Assembly: GCA_963830085.1 (NCBI GenBank)
Contig: CAWHLF010000013.1
Span: forward strand, 60,808 to 124,807
From: an uncultured Actinomycetes bacterium
GTDB taxonomy: Bacteria > Actinomycetota > Thermoleophilia > Solirubrobacterales > Solirubrobacteraceae
Reading direction: 5' to 3'
Length of the DNA: 64,000 nt
The notes below the pieces were generated by a model that saw only the letters and a program-made list of their open reading frames with translations, was not told the origin of the DNA and searched no databases. Shown piece by piece: positions 17,877 through 26,395 of this stretch (positions within the stretch are counted from its first letter, which is position 1; every line of letters starts with the position of its first letter). Position numbers and translations under genes: made by a program.

Positions 17877-18862
17877 CAGCGCTCCCGGATCGTCGCCAGC
17901 ACGGCGTCGATGATCTGCGGCTCGTGGGGGAACGCGATCTGCTCCAGCGGCTTGGAGTACGGCATCGGCACGTCGGCGCCGGTGACGCGCTGGACCGGGG
18001 CGTCGAGGTCGTCGAAGGCCTGCTCCTGGATGAGCGCGGCGAGGTTCGCGCCGACCCCGCCGTGCGGCCAGCCCTCCTCGACGATGACGCAGCGATTCGT
18101 CTTTCGCACCGACGCCAGGATCGTGTCGAGGTCCAGCGGGCGCAGCGTGCGCGGGTCGATGACCTCGCACTCGATGCCGTGCTCCTCGCTGAGCGTCTTC
18201 GCCGCGCGCGCGGCGGTCAGCGCCATGCGCGAGATGCCGACGATCGTGACGTCGTCGCCCTCGCGGCGGATCGCGGCCTCGCCGAAGCGCACGGTGAAGT
18301 CCTCGTCGTCGGGCACCTCTCCGCGCTGGCCGTAGAGGTACTCGTGCTCGATGAAGACGACGGGGTTGTCGTCGCGGATCGCCGACTTCAGCAGCCCCTT
18401 GGCGTCGGCGGCCGTCGTCGGCACCGCGACGAGCAGCCCCGGGACGTGGAGGAAGAGCGCCTCCCAGGAATGCGAGTGCGTCGGGCCGAGCTGGTGACCG
18501 GCGCCCTGCGGCATCCGCACGACGAGCGGGACCTTCACCTGGCCGCCGAACATGTAGCGGATCGTCGCGGCGTGGTTGACGATCTGGTCCATCGCCAGGA
18601 GCGAGAAGTTGATCGTCATGAGCTCGACGACCGGCCGCAGGCCGGTCATCGCCGCGCCGACGCCCATGCCGACGATCGTGTTCTCGGAGATCGGCGTGTC
18701 GCGGACGCGCTTCTCGCCGAACTCGTCGAGCAGGCCGGCGGTGACCTTGAAGGCGCCGTTGAAGACGCCGATGTCCTCGCCCATGAGCATGACGTTCGGA
18801 TCGCGCGCCATCTCCTCGCGCAGCGCGGCGTTCAGCGCCTCGCGGTAGCGCATGATCGCCAT
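17876..18862 (-). CDS. pdhB: pyruvate dehydrogenase E1 beta subunit
   Basis: MAIMRYREALNAALREEMARDPNVMLMGEDIGVFNGAFKVTAGL... ATGA overlaps at both ends. Confidence 0.9.
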   Translation of the reverse strand: MAIMRYREALNAALREEMARDPNVMLMGEDIGVFNGAFKVTAGLLDEFGEKRVRDTPISENTIVGMGVGAAMTGLRPVVELMTINFSLLAMDQIVNHAATIRYMFGGQVKVPLVVRMPQGAGHQLGPTHSHSWEALFLHVPGLLVAVPTTAADAKGLLKSAIRDDNPVVFIEHEYLYGQRGEVPDDEDFTVRFGEAAIRREGDDVTIVGISRMALTAARAAKTLSEEHGIECEVIDPRTLRPLDLDTILASVRKTNRCVIVEEGWPHGGVGANLAALIQEQAFDDLDAPVQRVTGADVPMPYSKPLEQIAFPHEPQIIDAVLATIRER

Positions 18863-20016
18863 CAGTCGGCGTCTCTCTGGGCGGCGTCGGCGGGCTTCGG
18901 CGCGGCGCCGCTCTCGCCGTGGTCGGGGAGGTCGGCGCGGTCCATCCCGCGCTCGTCCTCGCCGCGGTGCGGGTGCGGCGTGCGCTCGTCGACGGAGTAC
19001 CAGCCGCCGACCTGGTCGCCGAGGACGTAGATGTCGTCGTAGAGCGCGTTGGGCGGCGGGTGCGGCGAGGCGTCGGCGAACGCGACGGCGGCGTCGACGC
19101 GGGCGATCGTGTCGTGGTCGATCTCGGCGCGCTCGTCGTCGGTGAGGATGCCGGCGGCGACGAGCTGGTCGCCGAAGACCGCGAGCGGGTCGCGCTTGCG
19201 CCACTCGTCGACCTGCTCCTTCGTGCGGTACTCCTCGGGATCGGCCATCGAGTGGCCGCGGAAGCGGTAGGTCACGGCCTCGACGAGCATCGGCCGGCGC
19301 TCCTCGCGGGCGATCGCGAGCGCCTCGCTCGTGACCCGGTAGGTGTCCATGACATCCATGCCGTCGCAGCGCATGCCCGGCACGCCGAAGCCCTCGCCCT
19401 TGCGCAGGAGGTCGGTGATCGCCGAGTGGCGGTCCAGCGCCGTCCCCATCCCGAACTGGTTGTTCGTGATCATGAAGACGACGGGCAGCTTCCACAGCGC
19501 GGCGAGGTTCATCGTCTCGCCGAACGTGCCCTGGTTGGAGGCGCCGTCGCCGAACTGGCAGAGCGTGACCTCGTCGAGGCCGAGATAGTCGGAGGCGAGC
19601 GCGAAGCCCGCCGCGAGCGGGAGGTTGCCGCCGACGATCCCGTAGCCGCCCATGAAGCGATTCGCGAGATCGAACATGTGCATCGAGCCGCCGCGGCCCT
19701 TGCAGAGGCCGTCGACGCGGCCGAAGAGCTCGGCCATCACGCGGTTGGGATCGCTGCCGCGCGCGAGCGTGTGGCCGTGCGAGCGGTACGTCGAGATGAG
19801 GTAGTCCTGGTCGCGCAGCGCGCGCGTGGACCCGACGATCGTCGCCTCCTCGCCGATCGCGAGGTGCAGGAAGCCGCCGACCTTCGCCTTCGCGTACATC
19901 TCGCCCGCGCGCTCCTCGAAGCGCCGGATGAGGATCATCGTCTCGAGCCACTCGCGCGCGACGTCCGGCTCCGGGAGGCCGGCGTTCTCGGCAGTGTCCG
20001 CGACGTGTTCTGCCAT
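18862..20016 (-). CDS. pdhA: pyruvate dehydrogenase E1 alpha subunit (with acidic C-terminal extension)
   Basis: ATG 20016 gives MAEHVADTAENAG...RRFEERAGEMYAKAKVGGFLHLAIGEEA...GDGASNQGTFGETMNLAALWKLPVVFMITNNQFGMGT. The track ORF extends further upstream without support. Confidence 0.9.
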   Translation of the reverse strand: MAEHVADTAENAGLPEPDVAREWLETMILIRRFEERAGEMYAKAKVGGFLHLAIGEEATIVGSTRALRDQDYLISTYRSHGHTLARGSDPNRVMAELFGRVDGLCKGRGGSMHMFDLANRFMGGYGIVGGNLPLAAGFALASDYLGLDEVTLCQFGDGASNQGTFGETMNLAALWKLPVVFMITNNQFGMGTALDRHSAITDLLRKGEGFGVPGMRCDGMDVMDTYRVTSEALAIAREERRPMLVEAVTYRFRGHSMADPEEYRTKEQVDEWRKRDPLAVFGDQLVAAGILTDDERAEIDHDTIARVDAAVAFADASPHPPPNALYDDIYVLGDQVGGWYSVDERTPHPHRGEDERGMDRADLPDHGESGAAPKPADAAQRDAD

Positions 20017-20065
20017 CCGCGAGTTAGCGTAGCGGTCGCACGGGGCTGATCTAAGATCGCGGGGG

Positions 20066-20406
20066 ATGGCAGCCCGCCCCGAAGGCGATCCCGCCGCGAT
20101 GGAGGCCACCGCGCGAGCGATCATCGAGATCGTGGGCCGGCTGCAGGGGGTTGACGGCCTGATCATGCGGGCGCTGCCGGCGAAGGCCTTCGAGGCGCGC
20201 GGGCGCACGGCGCTCAACGAGAAGCTCAAGGGCGCGGCGCTGGGCGTCGAGCACACCGCGACGAACCTCCAGCGCCTCGCGACGCAGCTCGGGCAGGGGG
20301 CCGAGCAGCTGCGCCACGACCAGCAGCAGTGGGAGGCGGCGAACGCGCCCGCCGCGAGCGCGAGCGGGAGGCCGAGCGGCGCGAGGCGGAGGCGAGGACG
20401 CGGTGA
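20066..20406 (+). pseudogene. small all-helical protein (possible WXG100/EspC-class partner), frame-disrupted near 20338
   Basis: MAARPEGDPAAMEATARAIIEIVGRLQGVDGLIMRALPAKAFEARGRTALNEKLKGAALGVEHTATNLQRLATQLGQGAEQLRHDQQQWEAA. The adjacent frame then gives ERARREREREAERREAEARTR*. Its TGA (20404-20406) overlaps the GTG of the next gene. Confidence 0.5.
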
Positions 20407-21386
20407 GCGGTCGCGTCCGCTTCGACCCGCCGGAGATGATCCGCGCGGCGGGCCGCCTGGAGGCGATCGCCGAGGATCTCATCGGCGCCGGGGTCGCCGT
20501 CGGCGCGGTCCCGACGGCCGGCCTGGCGCCCGCGCCGGCGAGCAACGCGCGGATCGTGCTCTCCGAGGCCGGCTGCGACCTCGGGACAGCGCAGACGACG
20601 ATCGACCGGGCGGCGCGCGAGATCGTCGGGCGCGCGATGAAGGCGCTCGCGCTCGACGACGGAGGCGGCGCGTTCAAGCACCTGCTGCTGCTCAAGAAGC
20701 GGCTCGGCAAGGGCTGGGGCGACTTCGTCAAGGGTCTCAGGGATCCCAGCGGCTGGGACGCCGCGAGCTTCCTGAACTCGATCCGCAAGGAGGGACGCGA
20801 GTGGCTCGGCAAGACGACGAAGGAGCTGAGCCGGACGCGCAAGCTCAAGTGGGCGCAGCAGTACTGGGACGAGAACGCGTGGGTCCGGCGCCGGTTCGAC
20901 TCGGCCAGGGACCTGCAGAAGCACGCCGGACGGACGTTCGGCAAGGAGGTCCGCGCCCTCGAGAAGGCGACCCGGCTGCTCGACAAGCTCGAGCCGGTCG
21001 CGCACCTCCCCGCCGGCCTGCGCAAGAACCCGCTCGTCAAGCGGGCGCCCGGCCTCGGCAGCATCATCACGTTCGCGGAGGGGATGAGCGAGGGGCGCGG
21101 CGTGACCGAGTCCGCCGAGAAGGCCGCCGCGCAGGCCGCCGGGAGCGCGGGTGGCGCCGCGCTCGGCGGCGCCGCCTGCGGGACGGCGGCCGCCGCGACC
21201 CTCGGCCTCGGCGCGTTCACGTGCCCGGTCCTCATCGGCGGCGGCGCGGTCATCGGCGACTACGTCGTCGGCAAGGCCTACGACCCGTTCATCAAGCCGG
21301 TCGTGGGCGTCGTCCACGAGGGCGGCAAGAAGATCCTCGACGGCGGCAAGAAGGTCGTCGGGTTCGTCGGGGGGCTGTTGGATTGA
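20403..21386 (+). CDS. putative secreted membrane-active toxin: helical-hairpin N-domain, basic helical middle, C-terminal glycine-zipper domain
   Basis: 327 aa. N-terminus: VRFDPPEMIRAAGRLEAIAEDLIGAG... C-terminus: AAQAAGSAGGAALGGAACGTAAAATLGLGAFTCPVLIGGGAVIGDYVVGKAY...GGKKILDGGKKVVGFVGGLLD. No enzymatic motif seen. Confidence 0.6.
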   Translation: MSGRVRFDPPEMIRAAGRLEAIAEDLIGAGVAVGAVPTAGLAPAPASNARIVLSEAGCDLGTAQTTIDRAAREIVGRAMKALALDDGGGAFKHLLLLKKRLGKGWGDFVKGLRDPSGWDAASFLNSIRKEGREWLGKTTKELSRTRKLKWAQQYWDENAWVRRRFDSARDLQKHAGRTFGKEVRALEKATRLLDKLEPVAHLPAGLRKNPLVKRAPGLGSIITFAEGMSEGRGVTESAEKAAAQAAGSAGGAALGGAACGTAAAATLGLGAFTCPVLIGGGAVIGDYVVGKAYDPFIKPVVGVVHEGGKKILDGGKKVVGFVGGLLD

Positions 21387-21859
21387 GCACTCCCCGAGCG
21401 TCGGCGGCCAGGGGCGGGTTCCGGCCGGGACGGGTCGCGACGGTCGTCGCGATCTGGTTCGGGCTCGCGGTCGCGATCGACGCCGCGTTCGCGGCCGCCG
21501 GGTTCGTCGATGCGCTCGTGCTCGTGTTCCTCGCGGCGCTCGTCGTCCTCGCGACGCCGAGGGCGATCGGGCTGTGGCGCGGGACCGTCTCGCACACGGA
21601 GATCACGCACGCGTTCCGCAGCTACTCGATCGAGAGCTGGCAGGCCTTCACGCCGTCGGGCGTCATCGCGATGGACGGCATCGCCGTCTCGTTCGCCGTC
21701 CTCGTGACGACGAACGGAGAAGGCGCCGTGGCCGGGGCGATCGGGCTGGCGGGCGGCGTCGTCTTCGTCGTCTTCATGCTCGGCGGCCTGACCGCGGCGC
21801 TCGTGCGCCGGCCCAGCTTCCTGCTGCCCGCGACGATGCGACCGGGGAGGTCCGCGTGA
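21383..21859 (+). CDS. polytopic membrane protein (candidate immunity protein)
   Basis: TTG 21383 overlaps the upstream stop (TTGA). It is the in-frame tail of track ORF 20066..21859. About four TM segments: VATVVAIWFGLAVAIDAAFAAAGFVDALVLVFLAALVVLA...GIAVSFAVLVTT...AIGLAGGVVFVVFMLGGLTAAL. Confidence 0.55.
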   Translation: MSTPRASAARGGFRPGRVATVVAIWFGLAVAIDAAFAAAGFVDALVLVFLAALVVLATPRAIGLWRGTVSHTEITHAFRSYSIESWQAFTPSGVIAMDGIAVSFAVLVTTNGEGAVAGAIGLAGGVVFVVFMLGGLTAALVRRPSFLLPATMRPGRSA

Positions 21860-22302
21860 TCCCGCCCGCCTTCGACCTCACGGTCCCCGACGACTGGACG
21901 GCGCTGCCGCCGACGCCCGGCTGCGTGGCGCTCGTCGCCGAGCCCGAGACCGAGGCCGACGACTTCCGCTGCTCGGTGTCGCTCGTCTTCGAGGAGATCC
22001 CCGAGGATCAGCGTGAGCTCGGGCTCTACGTCCGCACGCGGATCGGGGCGCTGACCGACCTGCTGACCGATCCCGTCGTCATCGACCTCCAGCCGGCGAC
22101 GCTCGCGGGCGCCGACGCGGTCGTGTCGACGATCGCCTACCGGCAGGGCAACGACGCGCGCACCCTGCGCCAGTGGGCGACCGTCACCGCCGCCGGGCTC
22201 GGCGTGCTCGTCGGCGCCGTCTGCTCGAACGACCGCTTCCCGGGGCTGCAGGCGACGCTCGACGAGATCGCCGGCTCGCTCGTGCTCGGGGACGGCACGT
22301 GA
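21856..22302 (+). CDS. hypothetical soluble protein, DcrB/DUF1795-like by sequence pattern
   Basis: GTG 21856 overlaps the upstream stop (GTGA). Sequence: VIPPAFDLTVPDDWTALPPTPGCVALVAEP...FRCSVSLVFEEIPED...LDEIAGSLVL. The family assignment is from pattern recall only. Confidence 0.5.
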   Translation: MIPPAFDLTVPDDWTALPPTPGCVALVAEPETEADDFRCSVSLVFEEIPEDQRELGLYVRTRIGALTDLLTDPVVIDLQPATLAGADAVVSTIAYRQGNDARTLRQWATVTAAGLGVLVGAVCSNDRFPGLQATLDEIAGSLVLGDGT

Positions 22303-22881
22303 GCGTCCGCACCGAGCTGCTGCCGCCGCGGCTGCGCGCGGCGATCGAGGGCGGGGCGGCCGTCGACGACGTCGCCGCCGAGCTGCTCGAGGATCCCACG
22401 GGCGCGATCGAGGTCGCGATCCGCGCGCCGGCGCGAGGCGGCCTGGGCCGACGGGCTGTTCGGCGCGGCCGGCTTCGTGCTCGCGGCGTCCGACGACGAG
22501 AGCGCGCTCATGACGGGCATCGTCGCCGCCGTCCCGCTGCAGATCGCGATGCTCGCCGGCCTCGGGCCACGGCCGGTCGCCGAGGACGGCGCGATCGTCA
22601 TCGGCGACATCGACGATCCGCTCGCCGCGGATGAGCTGCCCGCGGCGGTCGCAGCCGTCGTCGCGGCGCCCGACGTGATGCGCTGGAGCGCGCGGGCGAG
22701 CTGGAACGGGCACGACGGCCCGGCGGAGCGCGAGGTCGTCGTCATCGACGGCGGATCGGCGGGGCTCCTGCTCTGCACGCCTGTGCCCGGCGAGGAGGGC
22801 ACGGCCTTTCAGACGTGCAGCTCGACCGACGTCTGGCGGCTGCTGTGCGCGCTGCTGCCGTATCCATCCGAGCTCGGCTGA
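22299..22881 (+). pseudogene. hypothetical protein with an EspG-like C-terminus, frame-disrupted near 22432
   Basis: GTG 22299 overlaps the upstream stop (GTGA). It reads VSVRTELLPPRLRAAIEGGAAVDDVAAELLEDPTGAIEVAIRAPA. After a 1-nt shift it continues EAAWADGLFGAAGFVLAASDDESALMTG...EREVVVIDGGSAGLLLCTPVPGEEGTAFQTCSSTDVWRLLCALLP (track ORF 22477..22881). Confidence 0.5.
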
Positions 22882-22900
22882 GCGCGGATACCCTCGGCGG

Positions 22901-23539
22901 ATGCTGCCGACGGAGCATCTCCTCGCCTTCCTCGTCATCGCGACCGTGCTCATCGTCGTGCCCGGCCCGAGCGTCCTGTTCGTCGTCACGCGCTCGCTGA
23001 CGCTCGGTTCGCGCGCCGGCCTTGCGACCGTCGTCGGCAACGCCGCCGGCGTCTACGTGCAGGTCATCGCGGTCGCCTTCGGGATCGGCGCGCTCGTGCA
23101 GGAGTCGATCGCGGTCTTCACGGCGATCAAGCTCGTCGGGGCGGCGTACCTCGTCTACCTCGGCGTGCAGACCTTCCGTCACCGCCGCGAGCTCATGGCG
23201 GCGCTCGACGCGCCGGTCGAGCGCAAGCACCTGCGGCGGATCTTCGGCGACGCCTTCCTCGTCGGGATCTTCAACCCGAAGGTCATCGTGTTCTTCATGG
23301 CGATCCTGCCGCAGTTCGTCGACCGCTCGGCGGGCTCGGTCCCGATCCAGCTGCTGGCGCTCGGCGCGGTGTTCTGCCTCATCGCGCTCGTCTGCGACAG
23401 CATCTGGGCGCTCGCTGCGGGTGCCGCGCGCTCGTGGCTCGTGCGCTCCCCGCGCCGCCTCGAGGCGATCGGCGGGGCCGGCGGCGTCGCGATGGTCGGC
23501 CTCGGCGCCGGCCTCGCGCTGAGCGGCCGCAAGGACTAA
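22901..23539 (+). CDS. LysE/RhtB-family amino-acid exporter
   Basis: 212 aa: LLAFLVIATVLIVVPGPSVLFVVTRSL...FNPKVIVFFMAILPQFV. Confidence 0.9.
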   Translation: MLPTEHLLAFLVIATVLIVVPGPSVLFVVTRSLTLGSRAGLATVVGNAAGVYVQVIAVAFGIGALVQESIAVFTAIKLVGAAYLVYLGVQTFRHRRELMAALDAPVERKHLRRIFGDAFLVGIFNPKVIVFFMAILPQFVDRSAGSVPIQLLALGAVFCLIALVCDSIWALAAGAARSWLVRSPRRLEAIGGAGGVAMVGLGAGLALSGRKD

Positions 23540-23541
23540 GC

Positions 23542-23772
23542 TCAGGACTCGCCCCAGCGCTCGAGGAACGCGACCTCGTCGAGGCCGGCGAGGTCCTCGC
23601 GCAGCCGGCGGGCCTGGCGGGCCGCGTCGGGGGCCGCCAGATCCCAGAAGAGCACGACCTCGCCCGAGGCGACCTCGACGACCTCGAGGTGGTCCACCCG
23701 CGACGGCGCGAGGGCGGCGGGAGTGCGGCCGGCGCGCGTGTGCAGCAGCCGGTAGCTGCGATTGGCCCTCAT
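23542..23772 (-). CDS. small hypothetical protein (76 aa)
   Basis: ATG 23772 lies within track ORF 23542..23892. Sequence: MRANRSYRLLHTRAGR...HLEVVEVASGEVVLFWDLAAPDAARQARRLREDLAGLDEVAFLERWGES. High GC3. Confidence 0.4.
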   Translation of the reverse strand: MRANRSYRLLHTRAGRTPAALAPSRVDHLEVVEVASGEVVLFWDLAAPDAARQARRLREDLAGLDEVAFLERWGES

Positions 23773-23824
23773 GCGGCCAAACGTAGCTCGCGCCCGGCGA
23801 CGGTGCGGCACCAGGCTCGATGCA

Positions 23825-24436
23825 CTACGCGGCGAGGGCTCGTGCGACGCCGTCGCATGCGTCGTCGCCGTGGAAGACCCGCGCCGCGGCATCGGGACAC
23901 AGCCCGGCCGGCACCCACAGCGCCGGGACGTCGCGGACGCCGCGCTGGGCGGCCAGCGCCGTCGCGTCGTCCAGCGCGTCGGCGATCGAGCGCAGGGCGG
24001 CGCCCTTGAGGACGGCGCGCGGGTGCATCTCGCAGGCCGCGGCGGCGATGAGGACGTTGTCGGGCGCGCCGAGGTCGCGGCCGGCGGCGAAGGACTGCCG
24101 GAACGCCGCGAGCGAGAAGGCGACGGCGCGGCCGATCTGGCGCGCGTAGGTCGCGGCCCGCATCGCGAACGCCGTGTCGCAGGGAAACGGCTCCGGCCAG
24201 CGGACGGGCTGCAGCCCGCGGCGCTCGGCGGCGCGCTCGATGCGATCGAAGAACGCCTCGCGATCGGCCTCGCAGCGCCAGCCCTCGAGCGTGTCGGCGG
24301 CGGGCAGCCGCGGCGCGGCCACGGGGATCCATTCGGCCGCCGGCAGCAGCGAGATGACGCGCTCGGCGACGAGGTAGGCCTCCGGACTCGCGAGGTCGAA
24401 GTAGAAGGCCGTCCTGCCGGGAACGTCGGGCTCCAC
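23825..24436 (-). CDS. DsbA-like thioredoxin-fold protein (2-hydroxychromene-2-carboxylate isomerase / kappa-GST family)
   Basis: 203 aa. It starts FYFDLASPEAYLVAERV, typical of the HCCA-isomerase family, and ends VPALWV... Confidence 0.7.
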   Translation of the reverse strand: MEPDVPGRTAFYFDLASPEAYLVAERVISLLPAAEWIPVAAPRLPAADTLEGWRCEADREAFFDRIERAAERRGLQPVRWPEPFPCDTAFAMRAATYARQIGRAVAFSLAAFRQSFAAGRDLGAPDNVLIAAAACEMHPRAVLKGAALRSIADALDDATALAAQRGVRDVPALWVPAGLCPDAAARVFHGDDACDGVARALAA

Positions 24437-24463
24437 GCCTCAACCGTAGCCGCGTCGCGGGCG

Positions 24464-25846
24464 TTACCCGTGGATGAGCCAGCCGTCGGCGTCGCGGGCG
24501 GCCTCCATGACCGCCTCCGACAGCGTCGGATGGCCGTGCACGATGCGTCCCACCTCGGCGAAGCCGCCCTCGAGCGCGCGGACGTTGACGAGCTCCTGGA
24601 TGAGCTCCGTCGCCTTCGTCCCGACGATGTGCCCGCCGAGCAGCTCGCCGTACGTGCGGTCGCCGACGATCTTCACGAGGCCGGTGCGATCGCCGTAGAC
24701 CGTGCCCGCGCCGACGGCGCCGAACTGCAGCCTGCCGACGACGACGTCGTGACCGGCGTCGATCGCCTGCTGCTCGGTGAGGCCGAAGCTCGCGACGTTC
24801 GGGTAGCAGAAGGTCGCGCGCGGGATGTCGATGTACTCGATCGGATGCGTCTCGAGGCCGGCGGCGTCCTCGACGGCGATGATGCCCTCGTCGGAGGCCT
24901 TGTGCGCGAGCGCCGGGCCCGGGACGAGGTCGCCGATCGCGTAGACGCCGGCCAGCGAGGTGCGCTGCGCGCCGTCGACGGCGACGAGGCCGCCGTCGGT
25001 GAGCGCGATGCCCGCCTCCTCGAGGCCGAGGCCCTCGACGTCAGGCGCCCGGCCTGCCGCGATGACGAGCCAGTCGGCCTGCGCGGGCTCGCCGGCGACG
25101 GTGAACGTCACGCCGCCGTCGCCCGAGACGACGTCCTCGACGAAGACCCCGGTGCGGACGGCGATCCCCTGCTTCTTGAACCCGCGGTCGGCGATCTTCG
25201 AGATGTCCGGGTCCTCGGTCGGCAGGACGCGGTCGAGGCCCTCGTAGAGCGTCACGTCGCTGCCCAGACGGGCGTAGGCGGACGCGATCTCGGTGCCCGA
25301 CGCGCCGGCGCCGACGACCGCGAGCGTCGCGGGCAGCTCCTGCAGCGCCCACGCCTCCTCGGTGCCGATGACGCGGCCGCCGAACTGCGTGCCGGGCAGC
25401 GGCTTCTTCACCGAGCCGGTCGCGAGGACGACGGTCGTCGCAGCGATCTCGGTGCCGTCGAAGTTGCCGCCGACCTTGACGTTGCCGTCGTCGGTGACCG
25501 AGCCGTGGCCCTCGATGACGTCGATGCCGTGCTTCTTCATGAGGCCCGACACGCCGCCGGTCAGCGTCTTGACGACCTTCTCGCGCCGCGCGCCGACCGC
25601 CGCGAAGTCGACCTCGGGCGCGCCGACGGTGATGCCGAAGTCGCCGGCCCCGCGGATCTCGGTGAGGACGTCGGCGACGCGCAGGACGGCCTTGGCGGGG
25701 ATGCAGGCGTAGTTCAGGCAGCGCCCGCCGATGCGGTCGGACTCGACGACGGCGGTGCGCATCCCGAGCTGCGCGGCCCGGATGGCGGCGACGTACCCGC
25801 CCGGACCGGAGCCGATGACGATGCAGTCATAGGAGGATTCGGCCAT
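24464..25846 (-). CDS. lpdA: dihydrolipoyl dehydrogenase (E3)
   Basis: ATG 25846 gives MAESSYDCIVIGSGPGGYVAAIRAAQLG...GGRCLNYACIPAK (redox-active CxxxxC)...HGHPTLSEA. Confidence 0.95.
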   Translation of the reverse strand: MAESSYDCIVIGSGPGGYVAAIRAAQLGMRTAVVESDRIGGRCLNYACIPAKAVLRVADVLTEIRGAGDFGITVGAPEVDFAAVGARREKVVKTLTGGVSGLMKKHGIDVIEGHGSVTDDGNVKVGGNFDGTEIAATTVVLATGSVKKPLPGTQFGGRVIGTEEAWALQELPATLAVVGAGASGTEIASAYARLGSDVTLYEGLDRVLPTEDPDISKIADRGFKKQGIAVRTGVFVEDVVSGDGGVTFTVAGEPAQADWLVIAAGRAPDVEGLGLEEAGIALTDGGLVAVDGAQRTSLAGVYAIGDLVPGPALAHKASDEGIIAVEDAAGLETHPIEYIDIPRATFCYPNVASFGLTEQQAIDAGHDVVVGRLQFGAVGAGTVYGDRTGLVKIVGDRTYGELLGGHIVGTKATELIQELVNVRALEGGFAEVGRIVHGHPTLSEAVMEAARDADGWLIHG

Positions 25847-25857
25847 GGCCGCTGACC

Positions 25858-26292
25858 CTATCGAGTCGGCATCTGGAGCCTGGCCATCGGCCGCACGAGC
25901 TTCCAGAACAGCCAGCCGAGCAGGCCGATCGTGATGATGCAGACGATCGCCTGCCACCACTTCTGCACGCCGATGAGGTAGAGCGAGAAGAAGACGATCT
26001 GCAGGCCGAGGATCGTCTGGAAGCCGAGCACCGCCCAGTACTGGCGGGCGAGCATCCCGAAGCCCGCGACGAGCAGGACCGCCGTCGTCACCGCGGTCGT
26101 CACGTACGGGTCGCCGGTGGCGCCGGAGAGGTCGTTGCCGGTCAGGGCGGTCAGGACGTTGCCGATCGCGAAGACGAACGCGACGCCGGCGGCGAACGTC
26201 ACGATGCCGGGCCGCTCGCCGGGCGCGAGCGGCTCGAGGCTCGCGCGGATGGCCTCGTCGCGCGCGCGGCCGCGGGCGTATCCGCGGCGCAT
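25858..26292 (-). CDS. hypothetical four-TM membrane protein (an alternative upstream ATG at 26409 would add a basic Pro-rich N-terminus)
   Basis: MRRGYARGRARDEAIRASLEPLAPGERPGIVTFAAGVAFVFAIGNVL...YWAVLGFQTILGLQIVFFSLYLIGVQKWWQAIVCIITIGLLGWLFWKLV. Ends 11 nt upstream of lpdA. Confidence 0.6.
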   Translation of the reverse strand: MRRGYARGRARDEAIRASLEPLAPGERPGIVTFAAGVAFVFAIGNVLTALTGNDLSGATGDPYVTTAVTTAVLLVAGFGMLARQYWAVLGFQTILGLQIVFFSLYLIGVQKWWQAIVCIITIGLLGWLFWKLVRPMARLQMPTR

Positions 26293-26395
26293 CGAGTCAT
26301 CGCCGGCGGGTGGCTCCGGCGGCGGCGGTGCGGGCGGCGCCGGGGTGCGCGCCGGCGGGCGTGCGCCGGCGCCGGCGGCCCGCCCGCGCTTGCGG

